Shown here one piece after another: positions 8,906 through 19,027 of a stretch of 40,048 nucleotides of DNA (within the stretch, counting starts at the first letter, position 1; the number at the start of each line of letters is the position of its first letter). Source of the stretch: Trichomonas gallinae. Its lineage: Eukaryota. The stretch spans positions 1-40,048 of the forward strand of contig MRSU01003882.1 of NCBI GenBank assembly GCA_008369845.1, in the 5' to 3' direction. The notes under the pieces are model-generated. The model was not told where the DNA came from. It was given only the letters and a program-made list of their open reading frames with translations, and did no database searches. A program made the position numbers and the translations under genes.

Positions 8906-10705
8906 ATGTTGAAAAAACCATTATTGCGGGATGTTGTTGTTCCAGAAGACTTAAAGAATGACGTTGAAGTCATGAATACAATACTCAACCTAACATCAGA
9001 AACATTCGAGACAGCAGTTGAAAAAATTACAAATATAGTTAATAACGGATTCAATCCAAAAAAGCTAATGAAATACTGCGATTCTGCTGTTGAAGTTAGA
9101 AGGTGCAAATGGAAAATATATAAAAAGCTAATTTTACTATTTTCCAAAAAATACAACGTTGAATCCCTTTTGTTCAATGATGATATTGAAACATCATTCG
9201 ACAAATACATCCCAGGAACTGTCTGCTATTGTTGTATGTACGATGATATAGGAAAACTCACAGAAATAGCGAAAAATCCACATTTTAATTACAATATGAC
9301 TGATAATGATGATAAACATCTTCTTGATATTTGTGCTTCTTATGGATCAATTAATTGCTTCAACTTTTTGAGGACCAATAATGCAGACCTTACTGACAAG
9401 ACAATAGAACTAGCTGCTGAAGGCGGAAATCTCGAAATAATTAATCAGGCTCGAACAAATGTTAATGAATTTCATGATGAGATAAACATTGCAATAAGAT
9501 ATCATCATAATCATGTCGCTGATTATTTCATCGAGAAATATGGCAACAATCAATTCAATCTCACATCTGCAACGAGGTACAATAACATTATTGCAATCAC
9601 ATACTACAATCAGTATTTGAAACATTATTATTCCATTGATGCAACTCCAAATCCAAATCAATGGCACAACAGTTATTTGAGCAACCAGCTTAATAGCGCC
9701 ATAGTTGGAGGAAACATTAATCAAATTGATAGACTTGTTGAACATGGAGCTGATCCGAATTTTGTTGAAGAGGAAGAAGATGAGGATGATAGTGACTTTG
9801 TTCATTATACATTTATTATCCTGATGACGATGAGTTTGACTATGTCATTAAGAAGTCCAAACTTTCTCCTTTATTGAGTGCCGTCGTAAGTGGAAATCAT
9901 AAAGTTGTTGAAACTCTCCTCAAAAGCGGTGCAAATCCAAACAAAATTTCAGTTCATATTTTATGAATGGAATTCATTTTTAAAACTTATAAGACGAATC
10001 CTGTGCTTTATGCAGTTCAAGCGAAAAATAAGAAAATGATTGAGCTTCTTGTTAAATATGGTGGAAGTCTTGATAGAGAAATCGAAACATCATCAAGAAC
10101 AGTTAATTTTTCATTTATAATAGAGATGGATCTCAAGTTTATTTTTAGATTTATGAAATGAGCTCAACTTCTCCTTTTATTACTGCGGTCTCAACAGGAA
10201 ACATAGAGTTTGTCGAATATCTTCTCAAACTTGGTGCTGATATTGATGCTGAAGTTACAGTTGAAGTTCATTTTTCGTTTTATTCAGTTCAATTATTAAT
10301 TTATAGTGGAATTCATTTTTAGATTTATTATGCACACATTTATTTTCTTCGAATGAAACTCATCATAATATAAAGATATTCACAGAGAAATGACACCACT
10401 AATGGTTGCAGTCAGCTACAATAACATGGATATGGTAAAGTTTTTGGTTGAGCATGGCGCAGATATTCATAAAGGAACTGAAATCCATTATTTTTCTCAT
10501 TGTATTCATTATAATTAGATTACGTTCAATATTTTAAGTTATAAGATTCATCATAATAATATGACGAAGGAATTCAACATATATTTTTGAAGTATCATAT
10601 ACATCAACGCCAGTTTCAATTGCAAAAAGAGATGCTGATCGAAAGATGGTTAAATACCTTCTTGATCTTGGTGCTACGGATAATGATGAGGATTCAGATT
10701 ATTAA
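8906..10705 (+). CDS. DUF3447-type ankyrin-repeat protein interrupted by 15 tiny inserts (about 525 aa after their removal)
   Basis: The N-terminal ORF has ICASYGSINCFNFL and AIRYHHNHVADYF. Five further intact ankyrin repeats follow in shifting frames: SPLLSAVVSGNHKVVETLLKSGANPN, NPVLYAVQAKNKKMIELLVKYGG, SPFITAVSTGNIEFVEYLLKLGADID, TPLMVAVSYNNMDMVKFLVEHGADIH, TPVSIAKRDADRKMVKYLLDLGA. The frame ends at TAA(A) 10703-10705. Coding identity is clear; functionality and junctions are inferred. Confidence 0.75.
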
Positions 10706-11838
10706 AATCATTCAAATAAATCATTTTATTTTCACAATCAAATTATTATTTTTGATTGAAGTGTCTATTTCAAGTCTATGTAATGAAACGATAATATATT
10801 TATCCAATTATTAGTGAAAATTATATAACAAGACATCAATAACAATTAATTTATTTTGATTAAAAAAAATGCAAGGAAAAATGGATATAGCCATCAGTTA
10901 TTTGGAAATACATCCTCAATAGTGTTCAAATGTAATCAATAAAGTTAGATTTAGACAACTTTTAAAAAGCTAAAATATGATGGTTACAGTTTATTCTATT
11001 ATTCTATTTCATTTGATCAAAACCAAAACTGTTAAATTTAGAGCGGTCGTGTGTCAAATAGTGAGATGTTGAAAAATGAATTACAACATTTGCAAATCAG
11101 AGCTTATCGATATGAACTCTACATGACAAAAATATATCTGATTTCAAATTAATGAATTGTTATGAGTCATCCAATACTATTACTTCGATAGTTATATATT
11201 AAAAAAAATAAATAATAAAAAACATCTTTGATTATTGCTTCAGTTAATGAACATTAGTAAAAAGTCATGTTATGTTATACTATTCCTTGCTAATGACAGA
11301 ATATAAGAGTCCGTATCTGTATATTATGTCCATTGGACTTGATTTTTTATAATTCTGCCTTTATTTCATTTGATATATTTATGACACTTTACATAAAAAC
11401 GTTGCGCGGAATTGTTGGTTCCTTTGTTTTTTAATCCTATTATACTACTAAAGTCTATGGCTCACGTATAGAATCGCCCGAGTTGAATAAATGTAAAAAA
11501 TAAAATATTGCGGTGGAAAATGGATGCTTTAACTCGTAATTATTGTTCCAAATTTAAATTAAATTGTCGTTTTCCAAATTAAACTTTCAATGATACAATT
11601 TTGAAAATTGAATATCAATTTAAAATGAAAGTAATAATAAACTTAATAGTGATAGATTCCCTGCAATTTTACGATATGCTATTGCGCCCGTAAAACACTT
11701 GAAAATTTGAAGAAATATTTGTTTACAATCTCTTCATTAGAATGTGCGCAAATTTTGAGTCAATTTTTTTTGAATCCAACTCATTTTGTTTACGTGACAG
11801 TTTTCACATCTTTGTTGAACTTTGCATATCTACATCCA

Positions 11839-13095
11839 ATGAGCATATTTTTCTGCGATCTTTTTGAATACTTCTCACAAAAAATTGAATGGGATAAATT
11901 TTATTTTTATTTAATGGTTGAGTATGTTTGTATCAATAAGGAAACATTGATTCACAAGTCCATCAAAGAGTTCCGTGTTCCTCAATGTTTGGAACAGTTC
12001 GATTACGTTGACAGATTATTTTTTGATTTAAATATCGATAATGCTACAGCTCTTAACTTGATATTTCATGCGTTTCAAATAAATCGTAATGTTATTAGTT
12101 TTTTACTTAAAAAAGACACACAAAACACAAAATTGGAATCAAGAAAATCATATTTCAATATTTTCATGTCTGCTCATGGTTTTTCACCACATTTTCCCAT
12201 AATTTACAATACATTTTGTGGAAGTATAAATTCTGCAATTGCCCAAGATAATCTTGATTTTGTCATAGAAAATTTTGCCCTAGATTTAACTAGAATGAAT
12301 GAACATTTAGGACCCCACTTTTTTGATATCGCTTGTAAGTTTGGCTCAATGAAATGTTACAGGTTTTTAAAAATTAATGGAGTGAAATGTACCGAAAATT
12401 CTGCAAAATATTCCATTGCATCAGGAAACCCTGAGATGGTTATGGACTTTTATAACAACGGTTTCGATCTAAGTAACTTCTTTCAGTATGCAATTAACTG
12501 CAGACAGTATGATATTGCTGATTGGCTGCTCGACAATTATTCAAAAGTTTACATTTCTTCCAATGAATGCCTAAAAGAAGGAAATTTGCGAGGTGCTTGT
12601 TTTTGTTTAGAAAACAAAATCCCTTTTTCGGTAGAAAACTTTCATGAGCTTTATCATGATATAGAAGAAAAGTCTACGTTAGAATATTTGCTGGATAATT
12701 CACCAGAAGAATTGATTGATGAAGTTTATGTAAAGTCATTAATTGATGCAGATTTTAATGTGCTCTCAGCATTGGCAGAACGCGGATATAATATGAACAG
12801 AATCATTGAGCATAGATGGAAATATAACTGTAAACAAATTTGCCCTCTTCTAGCTGCTGCATTTCATTGTAATGATGAGTTGTATCAGTTCTTAATAGAT
12901 CATGGTGCTGATGAAAATCTTGAATTAGTTAATAACAGATATTCCATCATAGATTGCAAAAATAATACTTTCAAATATAAATTATTTAAATTAGACTTGT
13001 GTGTCTGTTGTAATACAACAGCTCGTATGATTGGATGTTTTATTATCTTCGCGATGCTTATAACCTTATTTGTTTGCATAGGAATCTATCATTAA
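11839..13095 (+). CDS. DUF3447-type ankyrin-repeat protein with C-terminal transmembrane segment
   Basis: Contains IACKFGSMKCYRFL, AINCRQYDIADWLL, CPLLAAAFHCNDELYQFLIDHGAD and a hydrophobic C-terminus. The start is ATG 11839 or 11914; the ORF-track start at 11707 is TTG. The frame is uninterrupted. Confidence 0.8.
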   Translation: MSIFFCDLFEYFSQKIEWDKFYFYLMVEYVCINKETLIHKSIKEFRVPQCLEQFDYVDRLFFDLNIDNATALNLIFHAFQINRNVISFLLKKDTQNTKLESRKSYFNIFMSAHGFSPHFPIIYNTFCGSINSAIAQDNLDFVIENFALDLTRMNEHLGPHFFDIACKFGSMKCYRFLKINGVKCTENSAKYSIASGNPEMVMDFYNNGFDLSNFFQYAINCRQYDIADWLLDNYSKVYISSNECLKEGNLRGACFCLENKIPFSVENFHELYHDIEEKSTLEYLLDNSPEELIDEVYVKSLIDADFNVLSALAERGYNMNRIIEHRWKYNCKQICPLLAAAFHCNDELYQFLIDHGADENLELVNNRYSIIDCKNNTFKYKLFKLDLCVCCNTTARMIGCFIIFAMLITLFVCIGIYH

Positions 13096-13766
13096 TATGC
13101 AGACTTTATTTTGGTAACCCACAAACTTATAGAATTACTACAACTATTATAGTAATATAGATTATTTATTATTTTATATATGGTAAAATGTTTTATTATA
13201 TGTTGTTTATTAACTATGAATCCGAGAGAAAGTTTTGAAAAATACGCAAATAACTGATATATTCAAGAATGCAATAACAATGAACCAAAGTATTTGATAT
13301 GCATATATATGGAGGTAAATATTATGATTATATGAATTATAAGATTATCAATTCAAGCATTATCTATTATCATATTAGATTTTCATGCACGTAGATTTTC
13401 TTCTATTAAATATTAATTGATAACAGATGCTTAAGTGTTGGAAATAAACTGTTGATATTAAATAAATTTATCATTTTAAAGTGCAAAAATGAATTATGTT
13501 ATTGAAAATTAATTAATCGTTTTATTGCGAACATTTCACATTGCTGCAGAGTCATTTGATAATAATGAATATAGAATTACCAGATTATTAGCACATTTTG
13601 AAAGTAATAAATTTTAATAATACAATTGAAAAAATTTACAACTGTAATCCTCGATTATATAAGAAACAAGAATATTAAACAAATTCTGAAAACTATTTTC
13701 ATGAATTACAAGTAATTATATAATATTGTCGAATTTGTATACTAAAATCTAATTTTAACCAATCAT

Positions 13767-14189
13767 TTAGAAAACGGCAGGAGCTACTGAAGCAACCTTA
13801 GGCCATAATTCTGCTGCTTCCTTAGCTACTGGTCCAGTGATAGCTGAACCCTTCATTTCACCCTTTTCGTTAATGATAACACCAGCATTATCCTGGAAAC
13901 CAATTACAACACCATCCTTGCGGCGCCAAATAGCGCGCTGGCGGACAACGACTCCCATTGAGACTTTCTTGCGGAGAGCTGGTTTACCCTTTTTGCATGT
14001 AACGACGATGAGGTCAGAAACTGAAGCAGCTGGAAGACGGTTAAGACGACCCTTATGTCCGCGAACTGAAATGATAAACATGTTCTTAGCGCCTGAGTTG
14101 TCGCAGCAGTTGATAACAGCACCAACTGGAAGACCCTCTGTCATTGCAAACTTTGTACCCTGCTGACCTGTGCGACCGCGCTTTGTAAT
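13767..14189 (-). CDS. RPL23: 60S ribosomal protein L23 (uL14); ATT at the expected start position
   Basis: Contains KRGR...[42 protein letters not shown] and [15 protein letters not shown]. It is 140 aa counted from ATT 14189. Confidence 0.95.
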   Translation of the reverse strand: MTKRGRTGQQGTKFAMTEGLPVGAVINCCDNSGAKNMFIISVRGHKGRLNRLPAASVSDLIVVTCKKGKPALRKKVSMGVVVRQRAIWRRKDGVVIGFQDNAGVIINEKGEMKGSAITGPVAKEAAELWPKVASVAPAVF

Positions 14190-14466
14190 TATGAAATTAA
14201 GGTTATAAAAACTGACGTTATATTTACATGTCAAATCAATAATATTTATTATTTTAATTAGCCAATTTATCAATTAAACTTCAAAAATTTTATGACATTA
14301 TTTGACATGTAAAATATTAAAAATTGACTTGAAAATAATCGTTTAATATCAAATGAGTTTTAACTTGATATTTCAATATATTTGTAAATTATTAATTTAT
14401 CACAGAAAAAGAAATTTGTTGCAAGTAATATATTTTTTCTTGTAAAATTTCTAATAATTTTTATTA

Positions 14467-15438
14467 ATGTTGCTTTTATTCATATTACATTATTTAATGT
14501 CATTGCCAACTGACTGGCAGAGTTATATAAACAGCAATCCAACAGCCTTTATAAACTTTTATTCTTCGTCGTGCAAAAGTTCAAGAAAATCAAAACCTGA
14601 ATTCGAAAAAGCTGCCCAATACTTCAACAATGTTCCATTCATAAGTGTTAACTGTTTCAATATTTTCAACAAGCCTGTTTGCAATTACTTTCATATTGCT
14701 TCTACACCAACATTTATCATTATACCGAGAAACTCGTCAAATGTAAGAGAATTCTATTTAAAACGAACAAAACATAACTTTATATACGCATTAGAACGAA
14801 TTCTCAACATATCAAGTACATATTCACTGAATCAAATTAAATATTTGAATTATGACGATTTAAATTCTATAATACAAAGCGAAAAGTGTTCAGTGGTATT
14901 ATATAGGTATACCTTTGAGGTATCAATGATTTTAACAAAGAAATTAAGAATTTTATCAAAAATATACGAAAATGATGCCGACAAATTAAATTTTGTGTTT
15001 CATTACTATTATCCTGACATTAACTCCGAAGATTTTATTCCCTTTCTTCCTGGAATGGCAATTTATAAAAAAGGTAGCAGAATTTACGAATTCGATTCTC
15101 TGGATCTTAAAACCATGGTAAACCAAATTAATAGTATGTGTGGAACAAATCGAGATCTAAATGGAATTCCTATCTATAATATTTCAGATCATATTAAAAA
15201 TGAAATACAAAATTACATTGAAACAGGAAATACAACAGATCACTTCCTAAGTAATACTCTAAGAAAGATAAAATCAAATTCGAATGTCACAATTTCTTCA
15301 TTAATAAAATCAATGGATAAATATATCAAAGGCGGCACCACAGCACTTAATATCAGAGATGAGTTGGTCTATAAAAAACAAATATTGGAATATTTAAAAT
15401 CTCAAATAAACAAATTAAAAATTAATGCATTAGTTTGA
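14467..15438 (+). CDS. Secreted PDI/thioredoxin-fold protein with degenerate active site
   Basis: Signal-like N-terminus. FINFYSSSCKSS aligns with FY(A)PWCGHC, followed by PEFEKAA, VNC and TPTF. A second Trx-like domain ends in NSMCGTNRDLNG, then a helical C-terminus. Confidence 0.7.
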   Translation: MLLLFILHYLMSLPTDWQSYINSNPTAFINFYSSSCKSSRKSKPEFEKAAQYFNNVPFISVNCFNIFNKPVCNYFHIASTPTFIIIPRNSSNVREFYLKRTKHNFIYALERILNISSTYSLNQIKYLNYDDLNSIIQSEKCSVVLYRYTFEVSMILTKKLRILSKIYENDADKLNFVFHYYYPDINSEDFIPFLPGMAIYKKGSRIYEFDSLDLKTMVNQINSMCGTNRDLNGIPIYNISDHIKNEIQNYIETGNTTDHFLSNTLRKIKSNSNVTISSLIKSMDKYIKGGTTALNIRDELVYKKQILEYLKSQINKLKINALV

Positions 15439-15720
15439 TTTGATAATTAAATATTAAATTCAGTTGTTATAAATATGAATAAATATTAATTGATTATATA
15501 TTGGTATCAATAAATTCAAAATATAAAATTTACATTTAAAAATTGGTACATCAATTTGCGATATATATAAGATATTAAATTCAGTGGTTATAAATATAAA
15601 CTTATAAAAATTAGTTTTTTATTATAATCTATATGTTCAAAATATCTAAATCGAAATTTTATATTGGTGCATTAGTTTGCTATAAAAATTAAATCCCAAT
15701 TTTAGTGATATTAAATATAA
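15421..15720. repeat. Degenerate tandem repeat of about 120 bp (2.5 copies)
   Basis: TGCATTAGTTTG/TACATCAATTTG-type segments near 15426, 15547 and 15668. ATATTAAATTCAGT(T/G)GTTATAAATAT near 15451 and 15572. Confidence 0.65.
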
Positions 15721-15825
15721 TGATTTATAGATTTATTATGCTAAAATAATTGTTAGTTTTTGTGATTTTTGATTTTAAATTAGTTTTCCTGACACTTTTT
15801 TGTCACTTTTATTAATTTGAAAAAA

Positions 15826-16506
15826 ATGAGTATGAGTTATCAAGAAGTCACGCAATGTCTGCAGATATACAACAATGTGATTGGGTCGCCAATAGGTCAG
15901 CACGTTGCGAAATTTTTTAGTATGGCTCCTCCCACTTCGAAATATTCTACTTTTTTTGATGATTTAGGCGATGCTTTAAAACGAGGAGAATACAAGTCAA
16001 TACAGAACTGGATGGAGTCAATTACGATATCTTTTAACGATTGCATTCGAGCTATCGGCGAAAATACGGAAATTGGGCTTTGTCTTGCAACAATACTACA
16101 ACTAATTGAAGATAAAGTTCAAACGATGCGAAAATTGTCAAACAAACTTATTCTCGATACTATAATTAGTACAAGTGAAAAGCTTCATGAATTGCTTCCT
16201 TTATTCCCAGATAATTTAGAAGAACTGAATAAAGTTATTGCAGATGATAAAGCACAACAAATAAAACCAAAGCCAAATATTCCAAAGATAGAAAGACCAG
16301 TAGTTACCCAAGAAGATTTAGATTTACTTGTTTCTCGTCTGCAAAGCTTAAATTCAGACAAGATGGTTGCAGATATAATGGATATACTTCAACAATACGA
16401 GCTACATATTTGCCAAGATCAAGATGAAAAAATTATTGTAGATTTCGATACTGTAGATCCGCTTACAACTGTTAAAATTCGAAATTATCTGGATTCTAAT
16501 ATCTAA
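15826..16506 (+). CDS. Degenerate bromodomain + ET/NET-domain-like protein
   Basis: LKRGEYKSIQNWMESITISFNDC resembles the bromodomain alphaA-alphaB region. The C-terminal LVSRLQSL...IMDILQQYE...IIVDFDTVDPLTTVKIRNYL resembles an ET domain. Confidence 0.6.
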   Translation: MSMSYQEVTQCLQIYNNVIGSPIGQHVAKFFSMAPPTSKYSTFFDDLGDALKRGEYKSIQNWMESITISFNDCIRAIGENTEIGLCLATILQLIEDKVQTMRKLSNKLILDTIISTSEKLHELLPLFPDNLEELNKVIADDKAQQIKPKPNIPKIERPVVTQEDLDLLVSRLQSLNSDKMVADIMDILQQYELHICQDQDEKIIVDFDTVDPLTTVKIRNYLDSNI

Positions 16507-16785
16507 TATTAGTATTTTTGTTAAATTTGTTTTTTATATAAAATCTGTGTTTCGATTTATTGTAAATACACTCTTCTAATATGTTTATATAAAGTTATTG
16601 ATTCTCAATATAAAATATTTTTAAAAATTTGCAAATTTAATTTGAAAAATAAAAATATTAAAAATTATAACGAACACACGATATATATTAATAGTTTTGC
16701 TTGTATATATTTGAAATATAGTGTTAAATTTGTTCAAAATTAGGAATATAACAATTTTAAAGAGGATGAAAAAAAAATTATATAA

Positions 16786-16906
16786 TTTACATGTCAGAAA
16801 TTATTTTACATGACATAATTTATAAAAGAAATATAATTTACATGTCAAGTATTGCTTTACATGACATTTTTATATCGTTACATGACAAGAATTATTTTAC
16901 ATGACA
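16786..16906. promoter_or_regulatory. Six-copy cluster of (T)TTACATGWCA directly upstream of the HYPK-like gene
   Basis: Copies at 16786, 16805, 16837, 16856, 16877 and 16896. Confidence 0.75.
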
Positions 16907-16928
16907 TAACTGGCCAACCATTAAAAAA

Positions 16929-17165
16929 ATGTCAAGAGCGACAACTCATGATGTATCAGAAAGTCAAGAGTCAGAGGCAACAAATTCTGCTGGCCTCAAA
17001 GATTTATCGACAAAACAGCCAGAAAAGCAGGCACTACAGATTAAAGGATCAGATTTAAATTTAGTTATGGAATCAACCAAACTTTCTCGCCAAGAAGTAT
17101 TAGACTTATTCCAGAAAACTAATGGAGATGTTAAAGTAGCCCTTGAATTGTATGTAACTCAATAA
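16929..17165 (+). CDS. Small HYPK-like protein (NAC-type UBA domain)
   Basis: The C-terminus IKGSDLNLVMESTKLSRQEVLDLFQKTNGDVKVAL matches the HYPK/NAC UBA-like pattern. Confidence 0.7.
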   Translation: MSRATTHDVSESQESEATNSAGLKDLSTKQPEKQALQIKGSDLNLVMESTKLSRQEVLDLFQKTNGDVKVALELYVTQ

Positions 17166-17690
17166 AATCAAATCTAGAACTATAAAAATATCAAGAAATT
17201 GTAATTAAATACGATATACTAAATGTAATTTACATAATAAAAAGATTTACCAGTAAAATCTTTCTTTTAGCAAATTTTCATTAAATCTTTTACATTAAAT
17301 TGTCAACATATTTTGAAGGATAGGCCCATATATGTCAATATCACCGATTTAAACGCGTCTAAATTTTAATTTTCAATAATTTTGTATTTGATCCAAATTC
17401 CAAAATTTTGAAATATATTTTAAATAAACAAAGAATAGATATGAATTTTCATATATTATATATTTTTGACCTTTTTAACTTTACATGTCAAATCAAAATT
17501 TAAATAATTTTTTTTATCTCAATGGATATAAATTATTTTCACAATTAGCTTTTGCATATATTGATATATTCTAATGATTGATTTAATAGTGTCATCGGAT
17601 CTCTTTTATGATGAACAATTTTCATGATTTTTGAAGTTTTGTGTTTTTACTTTACGTGACAAAATTTTCGTCAAATTTTCAAAAAATTTA

Positions 17691-18422
17691 ATGAATTATA
17701 TTATCAGTCATAATGAAGACTTTTTTGGAAGATTAGAAGCAGATGGATACATTGACGGCAAAATCATCCTAAAAGACAAAGAAATGAACAAAAGTTACAA
17801 TCTTTTCAAGCACACCGAATCTGTCTACGCATTATCTCTCACATTACTCGATTTATATCCAATTTTAGTATCTGCCAGCTACGACAAACTCGTGTGCATT
17901 TGGAAATGCATCGATGGTGAATGGAATTGCGTTTATACTTTTGTTGCCGAAAAACCAATCGTTTCTATGGCCACATCACACAAAAAAGAGCTTGCTCTAG
18001 TCTACAAAGATGGAACAGTCTCAACATTTTCATTTACAGACTCTTTAATTCTTCACATCAAAGATTATTCAATAAATAACGCGACATATGTAACATATCA
18101 TCCAATGGATTGCTCTCTTATTGCATCCACGAAGGATGGAAAGATAATAGATCTCGATAAGCACCACACAATTCAAATCTCGGATAAAAAGGTCAATTTC
18201 ATTGCATACGGCGATTTCGGCGTTGCAGCGATATGTGATGACTCTACTGTTAAAGTGTGCATAAATGGAGTTGTCCAGGACATTCCAATAACTACAGAAA
18301 AACCAGTTCGTCTTAAATGGACGCCAATGACGAATCAGCTTGTTATTTACTGGCAGAATTCCTCAGAAGTTTGGGGAACACTCGATGGAAAAACATGGAA
18401 ACGTTCAAATAATAGAGTTTAA
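17691..18422 (+). CDS. WD40-repeat protein
   Basis: HTESVYAL...LVSASYDKLVCIWK is a WD repeat; the remainder is beta-rich. First ATG at 17691. Confidence 0.75.
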   Translation: MNYIISHNEDFFGRLEADGYIDGKIILKDKEMNKSYNLFKHTESVYALSLTLLDLYPILVSASYDKLVCIWKCIDGEWNCVYTFVAEKPIVSMATSHKKELALVYKDGTVSTFSFTDSLILHIKDYSINNATYVTYHPMDCSLIASTKDGKIIDLDKHHTIQISDKKVNFIAYGDFGVAAICDDSTVKVCINGVVQDIPITTEKPVRLKWTPMTNQLVIYWQNSSEVWGTLDGKTWKRSNNRV

Positions 18423-19027
18423 TAATATTTATATTTTCTGATTTATTCAAAAATTACCACATAAACCATTGAAATTATTAGCAATATTCATGATATGAAT
18501 AGCTAATCTCAACAAAATTAATAATTTACAAAAAATAAATTTTGATATTTGTATTACTACATTTCTAATACTTGTAATAATATTTAAATGGCTTCCTATT
18601 GTTGAAAAACTTTTAAAAATCATAGATTAGCTATAGCTATATGAAAGATGATTGCAAAAGATCACCATTCTATTTCCAGCAACATAACTCGAAATAGAAA
18701 GCATTTCAACATAAATCACCATAGACTTATATATAATATACTTATATATGTACACATATATCTACGCTATCGAGGCTCAGCTAAATTATCAGATGAAGAA
18801 AATAATGAAAATATTCGAGAATCATATATTACGTAATAAGGATATGATATGATCCTTATTTCATTTTTCTCGTTCTCAGGACATGAGTGAACTAGTTGAT
18901 TTATTACAAGGTTATAAATTTTGATTTTTTAATAATCAATATTTTTATTTATAATTTATTTCACTAGCATCATGCAAAAATATAAAAAATCAAAAATTTA
19001 TGACAATAAATAATATTCATGAACATA

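Noticed and set aside
9952..10148. Canonical GT-AG introns 9952-9993 (42 nt) and 10102-10148 (47 nt), which also restore the frame
   Set aside because: They are possible for these two linkers only. The first linker has no frame-restoring AG nearby, the fifth begins with AT, and none has the trichomonad branch/3' motif. They would also delete the D-G hairpin residues. The tiny-insert model explains all five linkers; the GT-AG reading remains an alternative to test.
10267..10586. CRISPR-like array or transposon
   Set aside because: The units are short, degenerate and AT-rich, with no cas genes, transposase, terminal inverted repeats or clear target-site duplications.
8906..10814. Treating ORFs 8906-9877, 9967-10161 and 10587-10814 as separate genes or as a simple pseudogene
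   Set aside because: The disruptions are confined to patterned elements at one structural position. ORF 10587-10814 is the wrong frame of the last ankyrin repeat.
14190..14273. N-terminal extension or ATG-intron for RPL23
   Set aside because: The extension starts at TTG in AT-rich promoter DNA. The nearby ATG is inside the TGACATGTAAA motif, is followed by TAA, and has no frame-restoring GT-AG.
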